This document shows, in pieces, positions 23,649 through 33,194 of a DNA stretch of 64,000 bases. The position numbers were made by a program, and so were the translations under genes. Below the pieces are notes generated by a model, which was not told where the DNA came from, made no database searches, and worked only from the letters and a program-made list of their open reading frames with translations. Position 1 is the stretch's first letter; every line of letters starts with the position of its first letter. Source of the stretch: an uncultured Methanomicrobiaceae archaeon. Lineage in GTDB: Archaea > Halobacteriota > Methanomicrobia > Methanomicrobiales > Methanoculleaceae. Location of the stretch: positions 1,536,001 through 1,600,000 of the forward strand of contig CAWGXH010000004.1 in the NCBI GenBank assembly GCA_963826525.1, in the 5' to 3' direction.

Positions 23649-24768
23649 ATGACGATAAGAGGCTACCTCGGGTGGGATCAGACGCTCTTCCGCGACCCCG
23701 ATGTCTTTGAGATCGATTACATCCCGGACCAGCTCCACCACCGCGACCGGCAGCTGCGGGAGCTCGCCTTCCATGTCCGCCCGGCACTCCGGGGCGGCCG
23801 GCCGCTGAACGCCGTCTGCAAGGGGTTGCCGGGCACCGGGAAGACGACGAGCGTGTTCAGAAGCTCTTCGCCGAGATCGAGCAGATTCCGCGGGAAGGTT
23901 GCTGCCGGTCTACGTGAACTGCCAGACCGACCGGACGAAGTACATGATCTACTCCCGGATCTACGCGAAGCTCTTCGGCCACGCCCCACCGCGGACAGGG
24001 CTTTCGATCCGGTCGGTGATGGACGCGATCGGCGATGCTCTGCAGAAACGAAAGGTCGGTCTGATCGTCTGCCTGGACGATGCGAACCTGTTGCACTACG
24101 ACGGGACGCTTGGCGATGTCTTAAACTCCCTGCTCCGGCTGCACCAGGACTATCCGGGTGTCCGGGCCGGCGTCTTTACAACCATCAGCGATGTCGATCT
24201 GGATCTTGTCCGGAACCTCGATCCCTGGGTGGTCTCGGTCTTCCGGCCGACGATGATCTACTTCCCGCCCTACGACGCCGACGAGATCAGGGGGATCCTT
24301 CGGGAGCGGACGCGGGCTGGACTCTACCCGAACGTGCTTTCACCGGATATGTTCGAGGTCATCATCGAGCAGACGATGGAGTCGGGCGACGTACGGGTAG
24401 GGCTCGACCTCGTGAAGCGGGCGGTCATGCACGCCGAGGCGGCATCCCGCACTGAGGTTGTCAAAGAGGACATCATGGCCGCCTACGAGCAGGCGAAGCA
24501 CGTGCATCTCGTCTGCACCGTCCGGGCGCTCTCGGCAGGCGAGCGGCTGCTGCTCAGGAGGATTGCGGAGCTCTCGCAGGAGCAGACCGAGCCGTTGGTC
24601 TCGAAGGAGATCTACGCGGCGGTGAAGGATACCGCGAATATCGGCTACACGGCGTTCTTCAAGCGGCTGCAAAAAGACCAATATCCCGCGATTGATCGGC
24701 ACTGTCTGGTTGTAGCCCGGCGGTCGGCCAAACGAGATTCGTGCTCCGGTGTGAGCATGGGAAGGTGA
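23649..24768 (+). CDS. cdc6: Orc1/Cdc6 replication initiator homolog (frameshift ~23860; degenerate C-terminus)
   Basis: FEIDYIPDQLHHRD, Walker A GLPGTGKTT, VYVNCQ, CLDDAN, FPPYDADEI..IL..R, GDVRVGLDL. Confidence 0.9.
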
Positions 24769-24842
24769 AAGGAGTTTTGGTGGACAGATATACAAGAATA
24801 AATATCAACAGAGTTTTATTTTGAATTGTTCACGGGTGAATC

Positions 24843-25802
24843 ATGGAAACGCGCTTGAAGTGGAGATTATATGAGACAGAACTGCAAATTTTGAGTGATG
24901 ACATCATCGACAGGCGCGAAACCTATAATGCGATAGGGAAACGATTGGAATTAATATTCGGCCCCACTGGGAAGATCCGTGGTGTCGATGCACGGCTCCT
25001 TGCATTTCTCGAATTTCTATACACGAAGTCTCAAGGCCCATATGCTCCGGACTTCCTAAAATATTCACAGATCATTAAAGTAATCATAAGGAGATCAAGG
25101 CCATTAAGAAATATGCTGAATGAATCTGGGGCACATGCGATAGGAAACATGGTTTTGAACGGGAGAGGGAATTTAAATTTTACAATTTCAGATTACAACG
25201 AACTTTCCTCCGTATTGGATTTCTGGGAGGATTGTGGCCTTCAGACACAAAACCCCCGTGCGATTTTCGATGCAATATTGATTAAAAAAGGGATTCGAAA
25301 CAGAATCGAAAGTAGGGATGGCGCTCTCCTCATCAGACTTTCGAATATTTTTCCGATGTTTGAGAGTGAAATTATATCGCCAGACCTGGATTTAAACCAA
25401 TTAAATAGGGGTTTACAAAACCCGTTTTCAGGCTATTTTGAGGATATTACTCAAAAGTATTTGTCACAAGGGAAAAGTATCAGTGACATTATCGAGATAC
25501 AAAATCAGCGTGCAGGGAAAACTCAGAATAGAAGAAACCAATATTTATCATTTTTAGTAAAAAAGCGCTGTAATTATCAATGTCAGATTTGTGCCACATG
25601 CGACCCTGTGAAAATCCCCTTCTCTATTCAGGTTCACCATATCACACCCTTATCAGAGAACGGTGACGACCACTCCCGCAACATGATCGTGGTATGTAAT
25701 TATCACCATCATGATATTCACAGTGGCAGGATACAGTTGGAAAAAGGGGAGGTTATTACGATTGAAAGGAATGGTAAAAAGTTTTTCACTAGCCCAAACT
25801 AA
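24843..25802 (+). CDS. HNH endonuclease with unrecognised N-terminal domain (McrA-like C-terminus)
   Basis: CQIC...QVHHITPLSENGDD...NMIVVCNYHH..IH. Visibly AT-rich relative to flanks. Confidence 0.85.
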   Translation: METRLKWRLYETELQILSDDIIDRRETYNAIGKRLELIFGPTGKIRGVDARLLAFLEFLYTKSQGPYAPDFLKYSQIIKVIIRRSRPLRNMLNESGAHAIGNMVLNGRGNLNFTISDYNELSSVLDFWEDCGLQTQNPRAIFDAILIKKGIRNRIESRDGALLIRLSNIFPMFESEIISPDLDLNQLNRGLQNPFSGYFEDITQKYLSQGKSISDIIEIQNQRAGKTQNRRNQYLSFLVKKRCNYQCQICATCDPVKIPFSIQVHHITPLSENGDDHSRNMIVVCNYHHHDIHSGRIQLEKGEVITIERNGKKFFTSPN

Positions 25803-25999
25803 TTGTCACTGGATGCGAGAAGAAGGGGATCAACCCTGTGAACATCTGCGCGAATCAATCTTGAGCCGCTCACCGTTGACCTTTTGGTTGGTCTCGCTCG
25901 TTATGACCCCGGTTTTCCATTTCAACCGGGATAAGCATTCTACCATTAGCCAAAGTCGACTGGGCCGGGTCGCAAAGACTCCATGGTGATACGCAGATT

Positions 26000-26140
26000 T
26001 CAACCGCCACCCCGCCGCCGGCGCTCCTGCTCCTCCTTCGTGACCGGCTCGTGGCCGACGATCTCGATATCATCAGGAGCCCAGGTGAACTTCTCGGTGT
26101 GGTCGACCGGCTGCTCCGGTCTCTTCCCTCTCTTGCTCAT
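26000..26140 (-). CDS. Small hypothetical protein (46 aa)
   Basis: MSKRGKRPEQPVDHTEKFTWAPDDIEIV...; ATGA-coupled to the upstream ORF. Confidence 0.55.
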   Translation of the reverse strand: MSKRGKRPEQPVDHTEKFTWAPDDIEIVGHEPVTKEEQERRRRGGG

Positions 26141-26454
26141 ATGACCGCACCCTCCGGGACATCCTCCGCCTCCGGCAGCGGGAGGAGAGTGCTCTCGACC
26201 GTCCATCCGGGATAGAGCAGCGTGATCTCCCGGGCTGCGTGGTCGATCCAGTAGAGGTCGTTCTCATCGCTCATCCGGTCCGTCAGCCAGGACCACGGGC
26301 CGGGCTTGACTCTGTCCAGGAGCGCCTGGTATATCTGACCCGGACTGCCGCGAACGGCGTAGTCGATCCGGTCAGGGGCGTGGGGGTCGTCGCCCTCTCC
26401 CCGGACGATGATCGCATCTCCCTCACGCTCTAGGGTTATCGTCCAGTGCGCCAT
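26137..26454 (-). CDS. Hypothetical protein (acidic, virus-like)
   Basis: Coding-like composition; coupled to the downstream ORF. Confidence 0.65.
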   Translation of the reverse strand: MAHWTITLEREGDAIIVRGEGDDPHAPDRIDYAVRGSPGQIYQALLDRVKPGPWSWLTDRMSDENDLYWIDHAAREITLLYPGWTVESTLLPLPEAEDVPEGAVI

Positions 26455-26613
26455 AGATGACCTTGGTGCTGACGGACTACATAACCATATGCAATTCGCC
26501 CGAACCGGCTAGCGTGAGCCTGATTACAGGCATATGTGCTCTCTTTTTCCAGAATATCCCATAAAAAGGGCCATTATTGGATTCGCTCCGCATTTCTTCG
26601 CCCGCTCATGCTC

Positions 26614-26864
26614 GATTACATGCCCGTTACATACCTGGAAAGACAACATATGGGGAGGTATGACAATACAGAGTCCGATCCGGAGTTTTTCGGATACGGG
26701 AGATCCAGACTCAGTCTACCGTGATGTACATACACCCAGTAGTGTACTGATTACATACCCGTTACATATCGGAAACCAATCACAATTGACGTATTCCCGG
26801 AAATCCCTGCAAAATAGTTTTTTCTGATCGGCTGCAGCCCGATCTGTACATGTGGATTACATAC
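26614..26864. repeat. Imperfect direct repeats GATTACAT(G/A)CCCGTTACATA..GGAAA
   Basis: 26614-26641 gattacatgcccgttacatacctggaaa; 26749-26776 gattacatacccgttacatatcggaaac; partial copy gattacatac at 26855. Confidence 0.7.
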
Positions 26865-26930
26865 TTCATGCCCAGTAGGGAACATATCTTCTTGACCTGT
26901 TTGATCGAGTCTCCGGGTCCTGCAACCGGA

Positions 26931-27128
26931 TCAGACCCGTTTCAATAGTATCACTGATAATGCGCGATGCAATAGGGTAATTCGTATCGTCGATACCCAG
27001 TCGCGATCCGCATCGTCGCGGGTGAGTATGTCCGTGGCCAATGCTTTCTGGACGGCTGTGCTGGCGTAGTTTTTATTGACAGGATGGAACTCTCTGTCCG
27101 TTTGGGTTGGTGCTGTGAACGTTCCCAT
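26931..27128 (-). pseudogene. Probable N-terminal stub of a tyrosine integrase
   Basis: Starts 64 bp beyond the tRNA-Glu 3' end. FHPVNKNYASTAVQKALATDILTRDDA resembles, from recollection, Methanomicrobiales integrase N-termini. No catalytic domain follows. Confidence 0.5.
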
Positions 27129-27191
27129 GCAAGGGAGGTCAGAATAGAGACTTATAAACGTTTGGCGAGAGATCCGAACCTGAAAACGGAA

Positions 27192-27266
27192 TGCTGCTAT
27201 GGGGATTCGAACCCCAGTCGAGGGAGTGAGAGTCCCTCATGATTGGCCGGACTACACTATAGCAGC
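27192..27266 (-). tRNA. tRNA-Glu(CTC)
   Basis: GCTGCTA/TAGCAGC acceptor stem, AGGGA-CTCTCAC-TCCCT anticodon arm, GGTTCGAATCC T-arm. Confidence 0.97.
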
Positions 27267-27449
27267 ACAGGTGTTGTGCTCTATATTGTTGGATCCTGTT
27301 GTACTTAAATCTATTCATTTCTGCGCGATGTGCAATCTCGCCGGGAATATGGCGTTAGGGAGAGAAGCGGCGCCGGAACGGCCTTGGCTCGCCGATGCCC
27401 ATCACAGGCACCAATAAGTAGCTCCCGATCATACGTATATGAACCTACA

Positions 27450-28562
27450 ATGAGCAGTGTTGAAGAGCAGATACGGGAAATTGAAGACGAGCTGAAGAAG
27501 ACCCCGTACAACAAAGCAACCTCGAAGCATATCGGAAGGCTGAAGGCAAAACTCGCCAGGATTCGCGACGAAGCCGTAGCCCGTGCCATGGCATCGAGCG
27601 GCGGCGGCGAGGGCTTTTCGGTTAAAAAATCCGGAGACGCGACGGTCGTCCTCGTCGGATTCCCGTCGGTCGGTAAGAGTACGCTGCTCAATACACTCAC
27701 CGGCACGAAGAGCGAGACGGCATCGTATGCCTTCACGACCCTGACGGTGATCCCGGGCGCCCTCGAACACAAAGGTGCGAGGATCCAGGTTCTCGACATT
27801 CCCGGGCTGATCGCGGGCGCGGCGATCGGCAAGGGGCGCGGAAAGGAGGTCATCGCCGTCGTGAGGGGCGCGGATCTCATCCTGGTTTTGGTGGATGTTT
27901 TCAACGAAAAGCACGTGGACGTGCTGCTCCGCGAACTCTACGACGCCGGCATCCGGATCAACCGCCCGAAGCCCGACATCACCATCAAGAAGGCGGGGTG
28001 CGGCGGTGTCCGGCTGAATACCGTCGGTACGGCGGAGCTCGATATCGAGGATATCCGGTCTATCCTTGCGGAGACCAGAGTCGTCAATGCGGATGTCCTG
28101 ATCCGCGGCGAGGTAACGCAGGACGACTTCATCGACGCCATGTTCGGGAACCGTGTCTACGTCCCTGCGTTCATCGCGGTCAATAAGGTCGATCTCGTCG
28201 ACGAGGAGTCCCGAAAGGAGATCGAAGAGGATATGGAGAACCGCTTCGGACAGCCCCCGATCATGCTCTCGGCGTACAGCGGCTACCATATCGAAGAACT
28301 CAAGGATGCAATCTACGACAACCTCGGGTTCATGCGGGTCTTCTTAAAGCCCGTCGGCGGGCCGGCCGACATGGACGAACCGCTCATCATCCGGACCCCG
28401 GCAACGGTGGAGGATGTCTGTAACCGGCTCCACCGCGACTTCGTAGAAAAGTTCAGGTACGCAAAAGTCTGGGGAAGTTCGGTCAAGCACGATGCCCAGC
28501 GTGTCGGTCTTGCCCATTCGCTGGACGACGGGGATGTCCTGACGGTCGTCACTCGTTGCTGA
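27450..28562 (+). CDS. DRG/Rbg-family GTPase with TGS domain
   Basis: NKATSKHIGRLKAKLA, GFPSVGKS, YAFTT, DIPG, NKVD, QRVG. Confidence 0.95.
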   Translation: MSSVEEQIREIEDELKKTPYNKATSKHIGRLKAKLARIRDEAVARAMASSGGGEGFSVKKSGDATVVLVGFPSVGKSTLLNTLTGTKSETASYAFTTLTVIPGALEHKGARIQVLDIPGLIAGAAIGKGRGKEVIAVVRGADLILVLVDVFNEKHVDVLLRELYDAGIRINRPKPDITIKKAGCGGVRLNTVGTAELDIEDIRSILAETRVVNADVLIRGEVTQDDFIDAMFGNRVYVPAFIAVNKVDLVDEESRKEIEEDMENRFGQPPIMLSAYSGYHIEELKDAIYDNLGFMRVFLKPVGGPADMDEPLIIRTPATVEDVCNRLHRDFVEKFRYAKVWGSSVKHDAQRVGLAHSLDDGDVLTVVTRC

Positions 28563-29664
28563 TTACGCTTTTTACCACCGGGAGCGGCGCATCGGTCTTC
28601 AGCGCCGTCCCCGCATAGTGCGCCCTGCTTGCCCGGTAGCCGAGCGCGGAGAGCCGCTCGACCACCGTCTCGATCCCGGTCGGCGAGACCTTCTCCGCTT
28701 TTGCAATCACGTGGTAGTCGTAGTGGCTCGAGGTGTCGAGCTCGTGAGCGCAGAGATCGATGAGCCGTGCAAGCGGGGCTGCCGACCCGAGCGCCATCCC
28801 TGAAAGCCTCTCCCGCAGGGCGGCGAGGGTGGCAGGATCGTTGATCCGTCCGAGCCAGAGCGGGCCTATCGGCACCATCCTTGTGGAGCAGCAGCCGCAC
28901 TGCGCCGGCTCCGGAAGGAGCCCTGCCGCTTCCGTCCGTTCGAAGCAGTCGGGACACTGCATGATGTATCCCATCCTCGCAAGAGTGCGGTCCGCCGCGC
29001 CTGCTCCGCGCAGGAGCCGGAGATGGAGGCGGATGAAGTGCTCTCGGGAGAAGCAGAAGATCGGCTCCACCCCTCGGTCGTACTTGATCACCTCCCGGAC
29101 GGCGAACCCCATCAGTATCCGGAGAGCGACCTCGCCGTGGTACTCCGTATTCATGGGGCGAGCAAAGTAGCGCCGCATGCCCGCTTTCAAGTGCGCCCCG
29201 CAGAGCGGTGCGGTGTCGGTTGCGGTGACGAAGAGGTACCGCCGGGCACTGCGGGCTGCGGCATCGATGAAAGGTGCCGGTGTTCCGAAGGGGTCAAGAT
29301 CGACAGCGTCGAAGCTCCGGTTACTCATGAGCGCATTGACGTCCTGGTGGGTAACTTCAATCTGTCCGTCGCGATCCGAGGCGTTCCGGCGAATGAGATC
29401 GACCGCCCGCACATCGCGGTCGTTGATCGTCACCGGGATGCCGCACTCGTGGGAGACGCGAATCCCCCGCACTCCCGAGGCGCCCATGGCGTCCAGGTAG
29501 TCCGATGGTTCCACCTCCGAAAGAAACAACACCGTCGCATCCCGGTTCAGTTCCATCCGGGGATTGAAAAAGACCGGGCCGCTACCGGGCGGGAATGTAT
29601 GGTGAGGATCTTGCCTGGGCACAAGAAATCGTGTACTCCCCTCCGTAACCTCGACAAAATCCAT
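28549..29664 (-). CDS. trm1: tRNA (guanine-26-N2)-dimethyltransferase
   Basis: VFFNPRMELNRD, SGVRGIR, DLDPFGTP, TATD, GPLWLG. Confidence 0.95.
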   Translation of the reverse strand: MDFVEVTEGSTRFLVPRQDPHHTFPPGSGPVFFNPRMELNRDATVLFLSEVEPSDYLDAMGASGVRGIRVSHECGIPVTINDRDVRAVDLIRRNASDRDGQIEVTHQDVNALMSNRSFDAVDLDPFGTPAPFIDAAARSARRYLFVTATDTAPLCGAHLKAGMRRYFARPMNTEYHGEVALRILMGFAVREVIKYDRGVEPIFCFSREHFIRLHLRLLRGAGAADRTLARMGYIMQCPDCFERTEAAGLLPEPAQCGCCSTRMVPIGPLWLGRINDPATLAALRERLSGMALGSAAPLARLIDLCAHELDTSSHYDYHVIAKAEKVSPTGIETVVERLSALGYRASRAHYAGTALKTDAPLPVVKSVISNE

Positions 29665-29733
29665 ATGGTCAACACATGTGGATGTTCGATACGCTTATAC
29701 CTTTTTGTGAGAAACTACTATGCTCGCATCCCG

Positions 29734-29808
29734 GGGCTTGTGGCCTAGCCCGGACATGGCGTCAGCCTCCTAGACTGAATGTCGGGGGTTCAAATCCCCC
29801 CAAGCCCG
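29734..29808 (+). tRNA. tRNA-Arg(CCT)
   Basis: GGGCTTG/CAAGCCC acceptor stem, anticodon CCT, GGTTCAAATCC T-arm. One mismatch in the anticodon stem. Confidence 0.88.
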
Positions 29809-30104
29809 CTCTTTACTTTCTGCTTTCACTGTTTTCCGACCGGAGCGTCCCCGTTCATCATCACCGCCTCCCGGAGCCTTCCTGTTTGAAGCTCTCCCTC
29901 TGCTATCCCGGATGTGCCCGTCTCCCGGCATGACGGAGAGCAGAGGGTGTATATGAGATTCAGTGCACCCGGAACCTGCCATTCGATACACCGGCGGTAT
30001 GCGGCCGTCCGGAGCTGGTGAGCGAGCACCGCCGGGTCGATGGCATCGGGGGGACAGACCCCCCACCTATTTATCTCCCGCCGTAGAACCCTCTCTACCG
30101 TATA

Positions 30105-30944
30105 ATGAGCCTGCCTGCACATTTCCGCATAACACGCCCTCATAATGCCGTTGTTGCCGGTCTCGCTGCCGCCCTCGGCTACCTGATCGCCACGGGGAGT
30201 CTCACTCCCGGAGTGCTCCTGCTGGTGGTGGTTGTCGCATGCATCACCGCCGGCGGCAACGTTCTCAACGACGTCTTCGATATCGAGATCGATCGGATTA
30301 ACCGGCCTGAACGGCCGATTCCGTCCGGTGCGGTAAGCCTCAACGGCGCACGGCTATTTGCCGGCCTTCTCTTTCTGGTGGGAGTCGCCGCCTCGCTCTT
30401 CACTAATATCCTCTGTCTTGGATTTGCGGTCGTCAATACCCTTATCCTCATCGCCTATGCAGTCCGGCTCAAGAAGACCCCGCTCTTCGGGAACATCGCT
30501 GTCGCGTACCTCGCGGCGAGTATCTTCCTCTTCGGCGGCGCCTTCGCCGGTATCGACGGCCTTGTGCAGAACCTGCCGCTCGCAGGTATCACGTTCCTTG
30601 CCACTGTTGCCCGCGAACTCTTAAAGGATGCCGAGGATGTTGACGGCGATGCGGCAGGTGGGGCTCGTACCCTCCCCATGATCGTCGGTATCCGAAAGAC
30701 CGCGCTCCTTGCATTCGCCTGTGTGTGCGGGGCGGTGATCGCAAGTTATCTTCCGGTCGGGAACTGGTGGGGACTCTTCTACCTGATCGGCATCGGCGTC
30801 GTGGATCTCATCATTCTCGCCGGTGCAGGGAAGGGGCTGTTCTGCGAGACCCCGGCCTGTGTCCGGAGTTCGGAGGCGACGTCGCTCCTCCGGATTGGCA
30901 TGTTCTCCGCCCTTCTGGTCTTCACCGTCGCCGCACTCATCTGA
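30105..30944 (+). CDS. Digeranylgeranylglyceryl phosphate synthase (UbiA family)
   Basis: NDVFDIEIDRINRPERPIPSG, RELLKDAEDVDGD, many TM helices. Confidence 0.92.
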   Translation: MSLPAHFRITRPHNAVVAGLAAALGYLIATGSLTPGVLLLVVVVACITAGGNVLNDVFDIEIDRINRPERPIPSGAVSLNGARLFAGLLFLVGVAASLFTNILCLGFAVVNTLILIAYAVRLKKTPLFGNIAVAYLAASIFLFGGAFAGIDGLVQNLPLAGITFLATVARELLKDAEDVDGDAAGGARTLPMIVGIRKTALLAFACVCGAVIASYLPVGNWWGLFYLIGIGVVDLIILAGAGKGLFCETPACVRSSEATSLLRIGMFSALLVFTVAALI

Positions 30945-31062
30945 CTGCGGGCGCACGACCCGGACGCCTACAGAGAGGCCGGCAGCCTTCAACGCATTTT
31001 CTTTGACGACCGGAGAATGAAAATTTATTATGTTCCCGCTACGAGGTTACTAGGAGATATTC

Positions 31063-31473
31063 ATGAAAATTTACCGGCACGGGGATACATACATCGCATC
31101 GAAGGGCTCGTTCTTCGACGGCAACGTCAGGATCGACGGCAACTTCATCGTCCCCCCGGAGACCCATTTCTGGGGCAACCTCATCGTGGAGGGCAGCCTC
31201 GAGCTTGGCCCGCTCTCGACGGTCGGAGGACGGGTGGAGAGCAAAAGCATCGTGATCGGCCACGATGCAAAGATAAAAGGCCCCGTCGTCGTGACGGAGG
31301 ATGCGACTATCTGCGATAACGCACGGCTTTTCGCCATACGTGCCGGGGGCGACATCATCCTCCGCCCGGGGGTCGTCGTCGGTGACGTCAGCAGCGATGA
31401 GACGATCTATGTGTATGGGAAGATAGCGAGTGAACGCCTAGTCGGCAGAGCTGTAAAGGTGTACGGAACCTGA
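31063..31473 (+). CDS. Bactofilin-like beta-helical (polymer-forming cytoskeletal family) protein
   Basis: Repeating G.(V/I/L)..G.(V/I).(V/I) beta-helix pattern. Confidence 0.6.
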   Translation: MKIYRHGDTYIASKGSFFDGNVRIDGNFIVPPETHFWGNLIVEGSLELGPLSTVGGRVESKSIVIGHDAKIKGPVVVTEDATICDNARLFAIRAGGDIILRPGVVVGDVSSDETIYVYGKIASERLVGRAVKVYGT

Positions 31474-32139
31474 CGGCAGGTCGAGGCCGAGCATTGCCGC
31501 CTCGAAGACTTCATTCCAGTTCACCATCGTCTCCACGCACCCGTCTTTTAAGTTCACGACGCCGAGAGCCGGTATCCCCATCCGGTCACACATCTCGAGC
31601 CCCTCTTTTATCTCCATCAGGCATCCGACGCCGATAATGCCCTTCGGGTGGTACTGTTTGACCATCCGTTTGATGAAGGTCGACCCGGGAACGATGAAGA
31701 CCTGGTATTCCACTTCCTCGAGGCGCCGGTTCAGTTCGCCGATGCCGCACTTTCCGCACCGCATGCACCGGAGCCCCTCCGGCGTCAGGTTTGCCGGACA
31801 CCGGGACGATCGCAGGCACTGCGGGAGGAAGACTGCCCTCTTGTCGAGAGGAATCGCGGCGAAGGCTCTGGTATTCATCGCGTTATGGAGTTTGATAAAG
31901 AACGTCAGCAGATCTTTATCGTCGATCCCGAGAAGTTTGCAGATCGCCCTGACCAGCCCCTCCATCAGCACCATGCCGGGTTTCAGGATCCGCGGGAAGT
32001 AGAACTTCCCGTTCGTGATGGAGAAGAATGCGGTGACGGCGAGTCCTACGCCGGTGAGGAGGAGACCCACGAGGATCAGGATCGTGACCTCGCCGATGAT
32101 GGCCATCAGCGAAGTCCATGTGCCGGAATCAACGATCAT
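31438..32139 (-). CDS. DUF116-family protein
   Basis: FLPQCLR..RCPA, C..CGKCGI, IVPGST, GVGC..E. Confidence 0.85.
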   Translation of the reverse strand: MIVDSGTWTSLMAIIGEVTILILVGLLLTGVGLAVTAFFSITNGKFYFPRILKPGMVLMEGLVRAICKLLGIDDKDLLTFFIKLHNAMNTRAFAAIPLDKRAVFLPQCLRSSRCPANLTPEGLRCMRCGKCGIGELNRRLEEVEYQVFIVPGSTFIKRMVKQYHPKGIIGVGCLMEIKEGLEMCDRMGIPALGVVNLKDGCVETMVNWNEVFEAAMLGLDLPSGSVHLYSSAD

Positions 32140-32145
32140 ATGTCA

Positions 32146-33190
32146 CTATCCCCTCGCTTTCAGAGAGGCGAACGATTCGGCGTAGGGTGGCCGGAGCACC
32201 CCAGCCTCGGTGACGATGGCAGTGACGAGATCGAGGGGCGTGGCGTCGAATGCGTAGTTCAATACCTTAACGTTCGCAGGGGCGAGCTGCCGCTCTCCGC
32301 AGTATGCGAGTTCGTCACGGCTTCGTTCTTCTATTATTATATCTTTTGCCTTGTGGGCGAGATCGAAGGTGGAGAGCGGTGCCGCCACGTAGAAGGGAAT
32401 GCCGTGGTGGCGGGCGGAGACGGCATGCATATAGGTGCCGATCTTGTTGAAGACCGCATCGCGGGTGATCCGGTCTGCCCCGACGATGACGAGGTCGATG
32501 GCTCCCGTCTGCATCAGGTATGCCGCGGACGAATCGGTGATCAACGTGACGTCGAGCCCCTCGTGCGCGAGCTCCCAGCAGGTCAGGCGGGAACCCTGGT
32601 TGAGCGGCCTTGTTTCGCAGGCGATCACCCGCACCGACTTTCCTGCGGCGACGGCCGACCGGATCACGCCGAGCGCGGTTCCCCACGCCCGGCAAGCGAG
32701 GGCACCTGCATTGCAGTGCGTGAGCACCGTCGCTCCGTCGGGGATCAGAATCCGCTCCGAACCCGCCGAGTGTTCTGCAGGTCGCCTCGTCTTCGTCGGC
32801 GACGGCCAGCGCCTCGGCAATGGCCCGGCTTCGCGCCTCCCCGACGGAAGTGGCCTTTCGGATCTCTGCAAGCACCCTGTCGATCCCCCAGGCGAGGTTC
32901 ACCGCCGTCGGCCGGGTGTTCCGAAGTATCTCGGCAGCGTGCGCGACCTCGCTCCTGAACCGGTCGGGATCGGTCTCACTGCTGGTTGCCGCCGCGAGAG
33001 CGACACCCATGGCACCGGCGACGCCGAGTGCCGGCGCCCCCCTGATCGCAAGCCGCCGGATTGCATCGGCGAGCCGGTCGACGGTGGTGCACCGGACGAC
33101 CTCGTAGCGGCCGGGAAGCGCCGTCTGATCGATAAAGAGGATGCTGTTTGTCTCCCGATCCCATGCAACCGTGTATTCCGTCCCGGTCAT
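32146..33190 (-). CDS. mtnA: Methylthioribose-1-phosphate isomerase (eIF2B-like) (frameshift ~32750)
   Basis: [50 protein letters not shown]. Confidence 0.9.
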
Positions 33191-33194
33191 CGTT

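Larger units (their letters stand above)
10560..27191. mobile_element. Decayed integrative element / genomic island at tRNA-Glu (left boundary uncertain)
   Basis: Abuts the tRNA 3' end. Contains an integrase-like stub, cdc6, an HNH gene and virus-like small genes; housekeeping genes resume on the other side of the tRNA. No att duplication found. Confidence 0.45.

Noticed and set aside
26614-26864. CRISPR array
   Set aside because: Only two imperfect repeats with a >100-bp spacer; no cas genes anywhere in the window.
1-27191. Direct repeat of the tRNA-Glu 3' end (att site)
   Set aside because: Not found by eye in the window, so the element boundary is left uncertain.
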